From: Phoronis australis
Taxonomy: Eukaryota > Animalia > Phoronida
Direction: 5' to 3'
Assembly: GCA_002633005.1 (NCBI GenBank)
Contig: NMRA01000021.1
Coordinates: 16,570 to 80,569 of the forward strand
DNA: 64,000 nt
Positions 13,724-27,409 of the stretch are shown piece by piece. Position numbers and translations under genes: made by a program. The notes below the pieces were generated by a model. It saw nothing but the letters and a program-made list of their open reading frames with translations. It searched no databases and had not been told where the DNA came from. Position 1 is the stretch's first letter; each line of letters opens with the position of its first letter.

Positions 13724-14512
13724 CATTACTGTTTTCAATAAGCAAAGACTGTCCTGGGTACTGGAGCCAGATGTTATGCACGCTCAGTCACGCCTGGAAA
13801 AGTTGCTGAAAGACAGAACGCCGTCATGGGTGATGCTTGTAACACATTATGACAAAATAGCATACGAGATTACCTTTTGAAGAGAGGAAGAAACAGCAAA
13901 CGGCCAACAAAGTCGGTGCTTCCATTCTATGTTGCTCTCGCTAGTGGTGATGAATGTAAGACAGACGACAAACCTTTAAAAGGGCGCCAATGTTTGAATT
14001 CTGCGAGTTATCACTAGATAGCGCTGCTATCTGCGGCTGGGATCGACTACATGAACATGTACTTGTGAAAGAAGTTCAATGTACTCGGGAGAAAAATGAT
14101 TAACTCCTAGAAAGTGAAATTATCTGTTGCTGTATAAAATAAATAGAACCAAGTAAATTGCGCAAGTAAAAAGTTTGACAACACAAAATCATATCTGTTA
14201 AAAATCCATCATTGAACCCGGCTAAAAAGCACTTATAGCCGGTGTTCACTTCATACTGAAGCTGGGAAGAAAGATTGAGAATCCTTTCTAAATAAAAATC
14301 ATTTTTATGTCTTGCTAAATAATTAAGAATTATCCAGGGCCCACAGGTTTCGCCTTTAAAACGACGTGAATCTGCCCGAATTCGTGTAAAATTCGCAAAC
14401 ACTATCGGGATTACGTCACAGCCAACAATGGCATGCATGACGCGAATCATACATGTATATGCCTGATCATTCTCGTTCACGTCGCTTTGCAAAACCTCTC
14501 ACTCATAAGTTT

Positions 14513-14737
14513 CATTCGCGCACCCAGCCTAAAATATTGGGGAGGGGTCTCGAAGTTTTCGGTATGCGGACCTTTTGACAAAAATCAACGGGGACTGAAA
14601 AACGGGTTTCTGAGGTTCAGCGCAGAATTCCTGTGGACTTAATGTATGTCTCGTTTAAACATGGAAACTTTTTTTTCGCCAAATTCGTCAATTTGGGGGC
14701 TCGTTCGAGCCTCTGAACCCCCCTGGGTGCGCCCATG
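14513..14737. mobile_element. MITE, family A (CATGCGCGCACCCAG-type TIR)
   Basis: CATTCGCGCACCCAG...CTGGGTGCGCCCATG, perfect 5-bp TSD AGTTT. Confidence 0.85.
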
Positions 14738-15815
14738 AGTTTGTGTTTGTGATGCCACTCTCATTCGATGATCTACACTTTCAACTATCGCCCGACGAAA
14801 GACATGATGTAAACGACACGAAAGATTGTTAAACAAACTATCAAAGGCTAACGAACATTTTAATTTTCAATGAAACATGTACAGTATCAAGAAGGTCTGC
14901 CACCCAAATACACATACAGAATATTTAGCTCATGATCCGCTGCAGTCCGAGGAGAACCTTCACTATTGAGTACAGGAAGCAATTATTGTTGCAAGACACA
15001 TTGGTGGCGGTATGCGAAAACTAACAGCAATTTGACTAGTCAAATCAAAACAGTTTGGCGTCAATTTGAAGGAAACGCAAAAAATCACTTGGGATGCATG
15101 AAATTTTGCAACGTATCCACTCGTATGCTGATAAAGAGCAGACTAAGTCTACAAACACGGTCATTAAAAGGTCTTGATAATTTAAATAAAGGTGCTACCT
15201 TCACAAGAGCGAAAAACAAATAAATCCGATCATCAACTTACAGATGATGAACATAATTTCTGTCATTGGCGATGAGTGCACATCTTGAACCTCGATTTGA
15301 TTAGTACAAAAACAATGTTAAACTTGGAAAAACTATACCATGATATTGAAATCTTTGAAAGAGACGGCTTTGTTAATGTTATTAAGAACATTAAAGAAAA
15401 ACTGAAAACAGAAGGGACAAAAACAGACCCAACTCAAGAAATTCCAAAAGCGACTTAACCGATGTTCGTGCTGCCGCTAAACAACTTCGGGACAATGATG
15501 ATATTGTGATTAGAAAGTCTGAGTACCAAGATAAGCTGAATGACACAATCGCCAACACGGCAAATTTCAGAGTATAAATCTTAACCCCAGGAATAAACTT
15601 TAAGAACTAAACCGTTTAATTAAGCTGGCTATTTTTCACAAGAATTAAGTAAGCACCATTTCCAATTTGCTGGGGGAGGGGTTTCTGAAGGATGCTTCTA
15701 TGGTAACCCAAAGCACATAAACCTGGGTATCCACGGAAACCCATCATTTCTAAAATGCTAAACCCTACGTGCCAAGTATCTGAAACATTAGATAAATTCA
15801 TGTGACAGTACTTAC

Positions 15816-15971
15816 CAGTGGCGGATTTAAAGGGAGCCAAGGGGACCATGGCCCCCCTAAAAATCTTCCAGATTCCATTTGGCAGTTCGGGGGTGCGAAG
15901 GTCTCACGGGCAACGTCATGGCTAATACTCTGCCCTAGCCCCCCTAGCTCAAAATCCTGGATCGGCCCCTG
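15816..15971. mobile_element. MITE, family B (CAGTGGCGGAT TIR)
   Basis: CAGTGGCGGATTTA...GGATCGGCCCCTG with perfect 5-bp TSD CTTAC. Confidence 0.85.
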
Positions 15972-16494
15972 CTTACCATATATGTACAATGTCAAATCTT
16001 GAGATGCCACTTCTCAGATTTTTTACGATCTATTGACACAACGCCAAATGCCTATCCAGCATCTCAGGGTTTGGAAAGCCTATTCAATAACACTGTTGTT
16101 GTCGAAACTGTAGAAACCATCATTTCTTTAATTGTGTGTAAATCACGTATATATTAGTGGCTCCTAACATTCCTAACGAGGAACTACTAGTTTTGCTATT
16201 ACTTTGTACGAAAATAGTACCATTTAACAATATTGACGGCAAACTATATTTACAAAGCAATGGTGTCTCTCGGATCAACATTTTTTGCTGAATTTTACGT
16301 GTGTAACCTTGCAACTAAAGTTATTGAGAAGACTAAAATGAACCTCAGATATGTTGATGATCGATGAATCTATGATCGTTAACTACGATGAGCTGAAAGA
16401 GATCAAACTTGCTTTTAAGAAAAATTCTGTATCAAAATTCACGCATGAATTACAAGTTAGCAACAAGCCGCCGTTTTTAGACATTGTCATTGAT

Positions 16495-17262
16495 TGTCAC
16501 GTTTTTCCCCCGTGTGTGGGTGGGCGCAGGTTGTTACAGACCGGTGCTAATAGCTTTCAGTGCGACGATTGACCTGAAGACTGGTTCGAGTTTATCCTTT
16601 ATTAATCCCGACCGTATGTTCACAAGCCTACTCGAACAAAACGTCCGACGAAATATCTGTTTATGCTCCAGCCAGCGCTGCGAAGCCTTGACTTGTGATG
16701 AACTTCTGAGACACGTTCAGCAACTGTTACACTCGTAGATTCAATAACCTGCTGTCTCTATAGCTGGCTCTCCATTGACTATCGCTGTAACTGCTGATTC
16801 TCTTCACTGCAACTCAACTGTAGTTCTCCTGATCAACTTTCTTGATGAACTGACTTGATCTTCTCTTTCTCTGACTTAATCTTCACTTGAACTGACTTGA
16901 TTTTACTAACGTACAAACCCGTGGTTGTGTATTGATAGTCCAATACATTGTTCTGGAACTTTTCATCAATTCAAGCACATTCTAGAACTTTCCTGAATCT
17001 ACCCAACCATTCTACAAACATGTACTAGTCTCTAGAATATTCTAGACTCCATTAATCACTGTAATGCTAAAGTCTTCAAGAAAGTACCACACTATACTGC
17101 AGTGAACAAATTACATCATCACTACTGAGGTAGAAAGTTCAATACTATTCTGTAGTAAACAAATTTCATCATCATTGTACTCAACTCAGGGGTCATGCCA
17201 ATAAAACAGAATAACAAAACAAAACAATACAACCAAAAATACTGTCAGACTATATTCTGACA
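16495..17262 (-). mobile_element. Solo LTR (768 bp) of an LTR retrotransposon
   Basis: TGTCA...TGACA termini, perfect 5-bp TSD TTGAT; removing it rejoins the Penelope RT (FLDIVID|YDESGLKTSV); strand inferred from AATAAA position. Confidence 0.9.
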
Positions 17263-17325
17263 TTGATTATGATGAATCGGGCCTTAAAACGTCTGTGTAA
17301 TTATAGAAAACCAACATACCGAGAG

Positions 17326-17437
17326 TGGCGTAGATGAAGTGATATCCCCGAAATATTATTCCTCGTATTGACCGAGACTGAGGTTCGAGGTCGACACGCG
17401 GAATAATGTCGAGTCGGATAATACTTCATCTACGCCA
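17326..17437. repeat. Long palindrome/hairpin, probably part of a non-autonomous element
   Basis: TGGCGTAGATGAAGT (17326-17340) pairs perfectly with ACTTCATCTACGCCA (17423-17437); inner arms ATTATTCCTCGTATTGACC / GGTCGACACGCGGAATAAT. Confidence 0.8.
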
Positions 17438-18403
17438 ATCGAGGTAAGTTTTGTATACATCCCGTACGCTTCAACTTCCTAAGATCCTTTTTAGGTAGTT
17501 TTTTTCTAGTACAAAGGAGTTTTAGTGTAACTTGAAAAGATGAAAACAACGGTAATTGTGCAATGAGCTTGTAACATTTCCTGGAAAATAGTTAAGTAAG
17601 AAAAAATACTTGATATTGTAGTTACCGAAGAATCGGCACCTGGGTTGCAGACAATGTAATATTTAGCGATTGAAAAGTGAGACAAAAGTGTCATATAATT
17701 AACAGTTTTGTACCAAATGTTACGTTTGGGACCTGGTAGCATAATGAATATTACTTATACTGTTGTAATTTTATTACTTCACAATTTTAAAAAGTTTGAT
17801 GATCGAACAGCGTAACGGAATCGAGTCGACATTGATATGCGTGTGCGTGTCCATGTGCGTGTGCGGGTGCGTGTGCAACAAAAGGCATAATTACTTAAAA
17901 CACGAGAAACAGCATAAGGGGGTTTGGAAAGAAATACCGAAGGTTTCGTTATCACATGGGAGTGTTTTTACGTCACCAAGTGACCCGTCTTGACAAATCA
18001 TCATGGAGCCTGTTCGCAAACAAAAATATTACCTGTTTTGAGCACAAGATTCAGCTCTAATTTGAGCAAGAATAAGTCTCATAACTAGAAGTTGATTTTT
18101 TAAGCTGGGCAATTTGATAGCTGTACATGTTTACGAAAGAACGAAAAGAATACATCTAAGACCCACCATGGTAAAAATCCTCCCTTTCTACAAAACGTAT
18201 CATTTGAGATACTGACTCACGAATGTATTTCATGTCAAGAGACTTAATCTGCATAAAAAATTGTAGACTATATTCTATAATCTGCATGAACAACAGAGGA
18301 GTGTTTAATCTATGATTTCAACAAGATGTAATACTCTGTGAAGTAATGTTCGATAACAAGTGACTGTGAACAATGAAAAGTGTCGTGCATCTAACAAATT
18401 CTG

Positions 18404-18422
18404 TATATATACATATACATAT

Positions 18423-18459
<37 letters not shown>

Positions 18460-18461
18460 CT

Positions 18462-18510
<49 letters not shown>
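18404..18510. repeat. Compound microsatellite (TATACA)n(CA)n(TA)n
   Basis: Directly visible. Confidence 0.95.
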
Positions 18511-18512
<2 letters not shown>

Positions 18513-18849
18513 TAAGTTGCAGAAAATCATTAATGATTTGAAATGGTCGTTAAAACATGTGTAACGGTTCATTCGCTTAAATGCGTTTCGTACTTAATGA
18601 ATCAAACAGTAAAAACATTACAGTCCACAACAAGCTGGCTATCTGAAGATTTACTTAATTGTGCCGCTGGTAGCGCCCACGGTACCGGCCTTTATCATCA
18701 GGTGTAACATGTGACAAAGTGATGTTAAAGTTTTTCCACTTGAGTAGTCTGTAGAACCATGAGATGCAAAGACACCAAGAAACACTCCATCGACATTAAT
18801 TGTAGCAGGTGGTTACATAGTAAGAGGCCGGATAATTGTCCAACACGCG

Positions 18850-20408
18850 CTTATAGCATGAGGTTTTAATTGTCCATCTCGTTGGACAGAGTTTCAAGAG
18901 TCCAGTTGGTGAGACATTGTCCTCGTCATCCTCGACGTTGTCTTTAATTTCCCCAAATAGTTGTTCACATTTCGCAGAATACTTGACTGAAGTCAGGATT
19001 TCTTTAATTATTCCCTCTGATTTTTGTGTTAAACAACATTCTTTTCTTTACATCTTTAACGTTTAAGTTGAGCGAGTGGCTATGATGATGAGTAGGGAAT
19101 GCTTTCGGCCGTTCTTGTTATATAGTCTTCGCGCCACCTCTGTTCTTCCCTAACGTCGTACTTGCACCATCGTAGTATTGTCCTTGGCATTTGGTCAGTG
19201 ATAGTTTAAGTACTGGCAATCTACAATTAAAATGCATGCGATATTGTTGCAGCAGCAATATCTGGTAGGTAAAAAAAACTTACAAAATCGTCATGGCATT
19301 CAAGTTGATTGTCCACCGAATGGATGCACATGGAAAGCTGTTGCTAATGTCGGTACATTCGCCGCAGAAAAACCCATCCCAAATGTCTGTCTCCAAATCC
19401 CGTATAATAAGTGACACCATCAAGTCAACAATCTCATTTTCAACGTCGTGGCAGAGATACTGATCACCCTTTCTTCTGTCAATCCATTTCTGCAAATTAT
19501 GATGATCTTTCTTGCGTTCGTAGTTGTAAAAGTTGCATGAAATTCAATTCTTATTTCATCGGTTTTCCCTCTTTCTGCAATACCTTGCATGCGCACACCC
19601 AGCCTAAAATAATAGGAGGCCCGAATTTTTCAGTAAGTGGACGTTCACTGAAAAAAAAAACACACACACACACGGTGACAAAAAAGGAAAAGGGTACTAC
19701 GTTCAGACCTACGAAATTTGCACTGGCGCCGGATTCCTGTGATTTTTTGTCTCGTTTCTCAGACTTTTTGTTTCTCTAAGACGAACTCTTTTACCCAACC
19801 TCGAGCTCTCGAGCACCCCGGGTGCGCACCTGCCTTGTCTTGACATAAATTGAAATGTTTCAACAATTTTTATCAGACACTCACGATTTTCAATACAGAG
19901 TTTGTCAGAATTGGCGTTGGTTAATAACGCTATGGCTCTCATTTTTTAATACAAAGTTGATGCTCAGAAGCCAAAAGGTGGCACTGAGACTGCTCATACA
20001 CTTTCATAATTTGTGTAGTTTTCGTCCAATTACTGAATCCAGGCAATTCTATAAAACCTTTACCAAGGCTATGTGCAGTTCTGAGATTTCCCATTTGGTA
20101 CTGCTCTCGCTTATCGTCAGTTTTCTTCTCATAGTGGGATGGGGATGTTTTGAACCAAGAAATTTCGAATTTTCTACTTTGTTTTCAATACAATGTTTTC
20201 GGAAAACAAAAATTTTTGGGTTGGTGCGGTTTGTCATGATTCAAATCGAGATTTTCTGGCATGTACTTTCTCCCCTGTTTTCATCACTGTCATTGATATC
20301 ACGTTTCACCACCTTCAATCCTACGTCAGATGCAAAACTTGTTGACGAGGAACCGTAATCTTCTACCGTTTTACAACTTTTCGAAGAGCTTTCAACTGCA
20401 GGTGACAT
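18850..20408 (-). pseudogene. Degenerate hAT (ZMYM1-like) transposase
   Basis: Ordered motifs ENRECLIKIVETFQFMSRQG|IAERG, QYLCHDVENEIVDLM, ECTDISN, GQYYDGAS, HSLNL, LCPTRW with stops and frameshifts. Confidence 0.85.
19588..19832. mobile_element. MITE, family A, inserted in the hAT transposase relic
   Basis: CATGCGCACACCCAG...GGGTGCGCACCTG, 5-bp TSD CCTTG; removal restores RQGIAERG. Confidence 0.85.
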
Positions 20409-21039
20409 GTTGACAACAAATAACCGACAGGAGACCAGGTGGCCCGGTTAAATTTGTAAGCTCAAAAGCAGCTACTAGCACGTGCAAATGCATCAAAGAT
20501 ACCGCCAACACAATTTATCCGTCAAAAGACCACAAGCCCGCGTGTGTACCCTGAGAAGTACTTTCGTTCGTTTGAAAAGATCCACTGTTGGTCGTTGGTT
20601 GAGAGATGAAAACATTATAAATACTTTATTTATTTGTATAACTTTTGCTGTATGATTATTTTTTCACCTAAATTTTATTCTGAATTAAAGGTTTGAAGAC
20701 AGGTTTGGGAAATACTTTTGAAATGCACAAATTGTTCTCTGTCTTAAACGTAGTCAAAATAATTTTTGGGCGCAAAAAAGTGGGGTTATAGCCCCCAACC
20801 CGCTATGGTGCGCCGCCCATGATATTTTTGGCAATGCCTTGCTGACATGTGCTTTGGCCTTTTTGTTCTTTGACGTCGCATAACACATGTCGAGCGCACT
20901 CGCACCGTTTTTAAAGCGATGAGATTACTCGTGATTTTTAATAACTAGAAGTTTTATTTCGTACCGGCAATAAATTTTTAAGAATTCCTAGTTGATGAAT
21001 TATTCAAGTTTATAAACATTGAACTATTCAATGATAATA

Positions 21040-21270
21040 CAGTGGCGGATCTAGGATGCCATAAGGGGGGGGGCAACATGTTGTCTCGGGGAATCGGGAA
21101 AAGCGTGATTGTATGTTTGTAGGCGGCCCAAAAGTCGCGGGGATGAGGATGTGGATGTCCTGTTCGGGAAGACGTGAACATGGTGCCGCCTCGATCTCAA
21201 GTACCTTAGGTCTGAGCCCCTCCCCCATCATTCGCAATTGGTTCCCCTGCCCCCCACAAATCCGCCTAAG
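21040..21270. mobile_element. MITE, family B
   Basis: CAGTGGCGGATCTAG...AAATCCGCCTAAG, 5-bp TSD TAATA. Confidence 0.8.
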
Positions 21271-22382
21271 TAATACAAGTTCGCCAGAAGCTTCGAGAAA
21301 TTTATTCTGAATATAAAAAAAGAAACATTAACTGAAGAATTGTTTCGTTTCAGTATCGATGGAATTCTTAGTTTTCTAGGTAAACAGTGTAACTTAGTCG
21401 TTGCTTCTTGAATGGAAATAGGAAGTACCCCCACCCCCTGTTGACCAAAGCACTGGCAAATTGCGGTGGATAACAAAGCACATACTCGATAGTAGGTCAC
21501 AAATTCATTGAAATATCTTATTTTTCAGTTATATGTTCTGTATGTATCCATTGAACTAGATTTTGTCAGGTTCTGTTTGGGACGGTATAAACAAAGCATT
21601 TGACTATGCCCGAATTCCTACATGTTGATTAAAATTAGCATGGCTTAAAAAGTCGTCTTATAACCGTGCGTCGGAATTTTCATCAACTGAAGTTTTTAAT
21701 TTTCATACCAGTAAAACTGCTTTTTCACAAGTGACGCCTTGAATCATTGTTTTAGGTAACTCGAATGATGAGTTTAAGGCAAAATTCGGATGCCGTACAT
21801 GCGAAATTCGAATTTACTCCATCACGCAAACTTTTAGGCACCAACGTCTACATTCCCGCATTATGCGGCGTTAAATGCCTGTATTTACACAATTATCCGA
21901 ATATTTATGTACATGTATGTTTGTATCTATATATAGATTGCGAGTGAGTATGTGTATGAGTGTACAATGTTTGACACCCAGGTATAATGCTTCCTATGGC
22001 TTTTTGGGTTTAATTCTTAGTATTTACATTGTAGCACAACATCTCAGATATTTCTTGACGTCATTGAAGTGCTTAAAATCTAGAGTTGTATCAAAATACC
22101 AAAACATCAGTATCAGCAGTCCAATTTTATCACCCGCAAAAACTATCCCTGTTTTGTTAATTTCAACCAATTCTCGTTCTATCACCTGCGAATGTATCCT
22201 TGGCGTCCCACATGAGTAGTAAGAGCATTATACTCCCCGTTTCCTAGATGAAATATTACGGTTCCTATGAATGTTTTTCTCACATGTACATGTAAGTCGT
22301 CTAAAGCGTCACTCAAGCTTGCCGAAGTTGTCAGTACTGAGTTCTCAAATTTATTTCTAAACTGTTGAGGGTTGCCGATCAC

Positions 22383-23511
22383 TAAAGAGAATTATTTTGT
22401 TTCTGAATCAGGGATTGGAAAGTTATTTTAGTACCTGTTATGCCAAAATCAAGTTGAGTTTTCCTTTAAACTCGCAGATCTTGAAGAATTAGGATTTTTT
22501 GGTCGATACACATCACGCAGAATAGATGCAACCGATTACATCATTATTCATCCTGCACTGTGTTTAGCATGATAAGTCGTGCGATACTGCTGCTTGTTTT
22601 CAAGTGTACACACTGTATTATGGCCGGCATGTGTTAAACAATGGCACTGCGTGTGTGGTGGTTGTGACAACTCAGTAACTGATCAAGCTGTTGCTCTATT
22701 CATTTTCGGGACTGACACGGGAGAAGCGCATACATGGTACGGCATTAAAGAAAAAGCTCGCTTTTGGTGGACATGCTGCAAACGCGCTGGATACGCTGTT
22801 TTGTCACACCCAAGTCCGTGGAGGTCAGACACTTTCAATTGAAGCAAATTTCCTTCTGTCATTTCGTTTGTGCGATATTGAATTCAGGGTGGTGGTATGC
22901 AATGATATAAAGGAAGGTTCGATGCTGCTCACAATGCAGTCACTCGACAGAGCACACTATAATTAAAATGGTGCCCTCTTGAAATATCTAAACAGGTAGC
23001 GATAGTCAACTCAAGGACTTAAATAGTTTCAGGAACTAGTCGAGTCAAATGTGCTCATGTCACTCACAATAGTTTGACATTGTCACGTTAGGCAAAATGT
23101 CCGGTCTGACTTGAACATTGCTATGAAAAATCCCTTTGAAAGTATTCCATGGATAGCTGATCCATTCGGCAGTGTAGATTTGCATTATGTAAACATTTAC
23201 GGGACATTTAATTCGATCAATGAGACGAGCTGACAACTACAGCTTGTTGCAGCTCGCTGCATCGAGGGTTGTACGTAAACAGACCGTGCCTTTTGGTGAC
23301 GGCCTTTCCAACAGAGACGCTTCCGAAAAAGAAAACTCAAACCTCATAGATTTTCTTACAAACACAGCGAGAATTTTTAAACAAAGCCTTTTTGTTAACT
23401 AGCGATACCCGTAATATTAAGCAGGAAAATCATCAGCTAACAACTTTTAAAATCCTGCGAGGAAGTCAAAAAGTGGCCGATTTCGGAGAAACAAAAGTTA
23501 TGGTGCACTTA
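22383..23511 (+). mobile_element. Old Kolobok-like element with THAP remnant
   Basis: Weak TIRs (TTTTGTTTCT / AGAAACAAAA); HCVCGGCDNS..VALFIF..W at about 22640-22830 resembles a THAP N-terminus. Confidence 0.4.
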
Positions 23512-23869
23512 TTCGACTGCATATATATACACTGAAATTGAGCACAGTTTTAATAAAGCTTCATTGTATCCGTAAGCTTCAACAGTTATATAGCTTAGTG
23601 TTTGTACCTCAGTTAAATATTCAACGTATTGTCTGGGTGTGTTATACGCAATATCTTCATGAAATCTAAAGCTTTGCAAAACCACTCTAAAATGATGTTT
23701 CCATATACTTTTATAACAACACATTAACATAACAGTGGGTGCAACACTTGAAGGAATATCAGCATCAACAGAAAATTACAAGAAACAATCTAGTAAAATT
23801 TCTAACAATAGAATTTCAAGACAAGCCAACTTAATGAAAAAAACAAGAATTACCCGAAAAACTAGAAGA

Positions 23870-24560
23870 ACAACAAGCAAAACACTTAGAGTAAATTGTA
23901 ATAACAATTAAACATGTTCATCAAACAAGTAACATTTGAACATCATACTAACAGAATACAACACGGATGTGAAAAGCAAAACCCGTTCACAAAAAAACAA
24001 ATCTTAGGTTCTCAAAACACTATGTATTTTTCTTAACACCAGAAAACGATGCGGTTTTAATAAAAGAGTATTTCATTGTTGTGTTACTGTAATACTGTAA
24101 ATCAAATGCATTGTGTAAATGAAAAACAAACGAAATAAACAGAGTAAATTTCGAAATCAAAAACACCTTCATCAAACAAACAATAAACGAACGTTATATC
24201 AACAAAAAACACGTTGTATGTAAAACCACAATACGGTTTACTAAAAGTAAATATTAGTTCACAAAACAGTAGGTATTTTGCTGAGCACTAGAATATAATA
24301 CTGCCTTAACATAAACGTACTTTACTGCCTGTCTTCGTGACAATTGCGGACTATAAATGAGTTGTAATGACCAAATAAATAACAAGCAAAACACAATCAA
24401 TTTTAATAATTAATTAACACGTTCACCAATGAATTAACATTTGAACATCAGGCACGTAAAAAATAAATCTGGTTCATAAAAAAACACATGCTAAGTTATC
24501 AATTGATCACGCGACTGGAACATTTTGCGGACAATTGTAAAAAGTAATACCATTTTAACT
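23870..24560. repeat. Degenerate A-rich tandem repeat, about 250-bp period
   Basis: AACA(T/C)GTTCA(T/C)CAA...AACATTTGAACATCA-like motif at about 23911, 24162 and 24416. Confidence 0.55.
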
Positions 24561-25429
24561 TTGGAGTACATTGTTTTCTGTCTTCGCGACGGTTGTGGCA
24601 TAGGAAATCAGCAGGAATGTTCAAAATAAAAAAGTGGCGCAGAACCAGCCTCTGCTGACGTCAAACCTTTAAAAGGTTGTGTAGGCCTTCGCCATCACGA
24701 CAAAGGCTGTCCCGAGCACAATTTTGTTTGGAATGTTGTGGCGTCCAGCCGACGCTGCAAGAAAATGTTAATGGGATGTTTATGTACAATTATTAAGATT
24801 TTGACTAAATTACCTGGAACCAGAACAACGTTAGAAAAACTTTGCCATGTAAACCTCACACTGTGCTCAATATTCTGAAAGGTCCTCAGTCCTGGGTCAG
24901 CTTCTTAAAAAACGAATTGTTTGATGTAGATTTTGAGGCGTTGTTCATTTTAATGACATGCAATGGACTCCAGTAAACTGAAATTAACACAAGGTGATCA
25001 TGATTGAAAATATTTTTGACAAAGGCCAGTAGTTGAGTGATAAGGGACTGGAAACTGTCCAACTTTCAACATATGGTGGAGACACCTCAAGAGTTTGATA
25101 TGGGACCTGAACAAGGATGAAAGGACGAAAGGTTTTGGCAGCGTGCAGTCCAGACTTGCACATTTAGCTATTGATGAGGAATAATCTATAAGGATAGAGT
25201 GTGTTGTCAGGGCCAATGTGAGGTAGTTGAAAACAACATTCATGGTTAACCACAATGCCCTGCTTACCATGAGATTAGGTCAGATATGATCAATACATTG
25301 AATATAGGATAGGAGAATATAGGATACTGTCAAGGGGGAAGTGCTTCGATATATCTGCCCATGCGTTATCAACAATGTTCCAGTGTTAGTGATGAAGAAG
25401 CAGAAACGTGATATACTCGCTGATTATTG

Positions 25430-25537
25430 TCAAGACCTACTTATAAAAAGTAATACCGTTTGGTATTCATCACTTTTGTTGTTCTCAGTTGTAAGGTTTC
25501 TAATAGGTCCAGAAAGACTCTCAACTGTATTGTAATC
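25430..25537 (-). CDS. Candidate terminal cytoplasmic exon of the Ig receptor with Tyr motifs
   Basis: Acceptor CATTTTCAG; phase 0 reads DYNTVESLSGPIRNLTTENNKSDEYQTVLLFISRS*; phase 1 reads GLQYS*. Confidence 0.4.
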   Translation of the reverse strand, partial: DYNTVESLSGPIRNLTTENNKSDEYQTVLLFISRS

Positions 25538-26826
25538 CTGAAAATGTTTGAAAAGAATAAAACTAAAATTTATCTACCTACATGTATCTGTTTTTTGTCT
25601 TCCATACATGTAAATGAGAAAGCCATACAAAAAGATTGAAGGGGAAAATAGTTTTAGTAGATTGTATTTGATGTAACTATTCCGATATCTGTCATAACCT
25701 AGTTTAGACACATCAGATATTCAAGTTATTTTAATGTAATTAGGGAGGCATCAGAGTAATGTATTCTATAGCCAAGTTAATTTACGATGTTCCTGAAAAT
25801 TAATTTTTGCACAATTAACGTGGCCAAAAATACCCTTCCATTGTCACATCTGTGTGAAGCCTCATTTCTGCAACACCAATTACATGGCAAACTGTTCTGA
25901 CTTAGTTGTCATCTTCAACCTCACCCATAATGTCAATCACCTATTACGGTAATCAAGGCTGATATGCAGATTGGTCAAGTAAACCAAAGGCTTATGTGCA
26001 GGCATGATATCTAAACATTCTCTTATTTTCATGGCATGCATTTGATGCGGGCCAAACGTTCAACCCAACAAAAGTACACAGGGTATTGTTGAGGTTTACT
26101 GCCCTTGTGAAGCATTTTACAACAAGATTACAGGTTCACAGGAATGTTGTTAAGTTACGTCTTCTATTTCATAGCATACATGAGGGGCCTGACAATATAA
26201 TTAAACGTGATCAAACAGCAAACTTACAAAACGATTAGTCAACTGGACATTTAGATGCTGAAGTTACCTTAGAAGCAAACAATACATCAAACAACACAAA
26301 ACTTTAACCGACCACTGTTTGTGGGGTGGGAACAGTTGCTAAGGTTATCATTCCGAATTAAAGATAATTATAAAATTTCAAGAAGCCCTGTTTATGCGTG
26401 GCGAGAATGTACTGTGTAACCCAATGTAACTTAATTTATAAAGATTACATTGTCATCATATCGACAAGTACAGCAGTTTAAGATAAAACTTTAGGCCTAA
26501 AATGCATCAGAGTAAAAGGAATGGAAACAAATCCACTTAATGTCAATGGACCTTCAGAAGAAATGCTGTGAAGCATTAGAGCACGCTACAATTCCAATTT
26601 CACAATTCCTTAAACCATATTATGAAACATTTGGAAAAATATATTACAAAATGTTTTCCAGAGAAGTGACAACAGGACAGTTGATCAAGAAACATTGAGT
26701 TTGCAAGAGATTTACAGTTTGAACAAATCAAATGCATTAATCAGAAAATGATATTAATCGTTCTTGTGAAATTGGCATATGAGTGAGCACACTTAATTTT
26801 TGAACTAGATCAAAACATCGACGTAC

Positions 26827-26862
26827 CTCCACCATCTCCATTTCCAGTTGGTTTAACGGTAT
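26827..26862 (-). CDS. 36-nt micro-exon 5 (DTVKPTGNGDGG)
   Basis: TTTACAG|...GGAG|GTACGT, phase 1-1. Confidence 0.7.
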
Positions 26863-27373
26863 CTGTAAACCATAATTTAGCTTTACATTAAATATTCCTG
26901 AAAACGTGGAGTCTCCACACAAGTGACGAAAAGTTACTGTGCGCCAGTGAAACACGCAAACTTAATCTAGACTGCTGAGTGTTGGTTTAAAGGGTAGGGT
27001 ACAGTTGACATCTATCTTGTGTTCAGAACGTCTATGCCACAAAAGGCGAGTGCTCATGCCAAGTTCAAACTCATGCCAGTCGTAATAGTTCACCTTCCAA
27101 CAGCAAAGGGTTTTCTAGAGTTAAGGTTCTTGATCATTCTGTAATAATCACTTTGCCAAACTTAAGTGAGACTATTGATATACAGACCCTGAACGCTGTG
27201 ATATCACTCAGTATGAAAGTTTGAACATACAGGTAACTTTCTTTGCTTTCCCTGCATTTGTTACTTCTCACTTGGTCAAACACTCTTTTGAGAGTGACAT
27301 GTGGTTTGCCTACTTATATGATCTGTCTTCAGAGATTAAAGTTAATTTTGAGTTAGAGAAAAATATTTCATAC

Positions 27374-27409
27374 CTCCACCTTTTCCATTTTCTGTTGGCT
27401 TAACGGTAT
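27374..27409 (-). pseudogene. 36-nt micro-exon 4 (DTVKPTENGKGG), acceptor mutated AG>GG
   Basis: TTTACGG|...GGAG|GTATGA. Confidence 0.6.

Larger units (their letters stand above)
14950..17318 (+). pseudogene. Degenerate Penelope-like retroelement reverse transcriptase, interrupted by a MITE and a solo LTR; left boundary approximate
   Basis: Ordered motifs across frameshifts: QLRDNDDIVIRKS, YGNPKAHKPGYPRKPIIS, ESLFNN, DGKLYLQSNGV, RYVDD (about 16348), FTHELQVSNKPPFLDIVID, and after the LTR KTSV..YRKPT. Confidence 0.85.

Noticed and set aside
18318-18572. Low-complexity ORFs (YIYI, HTHT, CVCV)
   Set aside because: Translations of microsatellites
22182-22382. LINE ORF1 esterase-like fragment (VIFHLGNG)
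   Set aside because: One weak motif with no supporting neighbours
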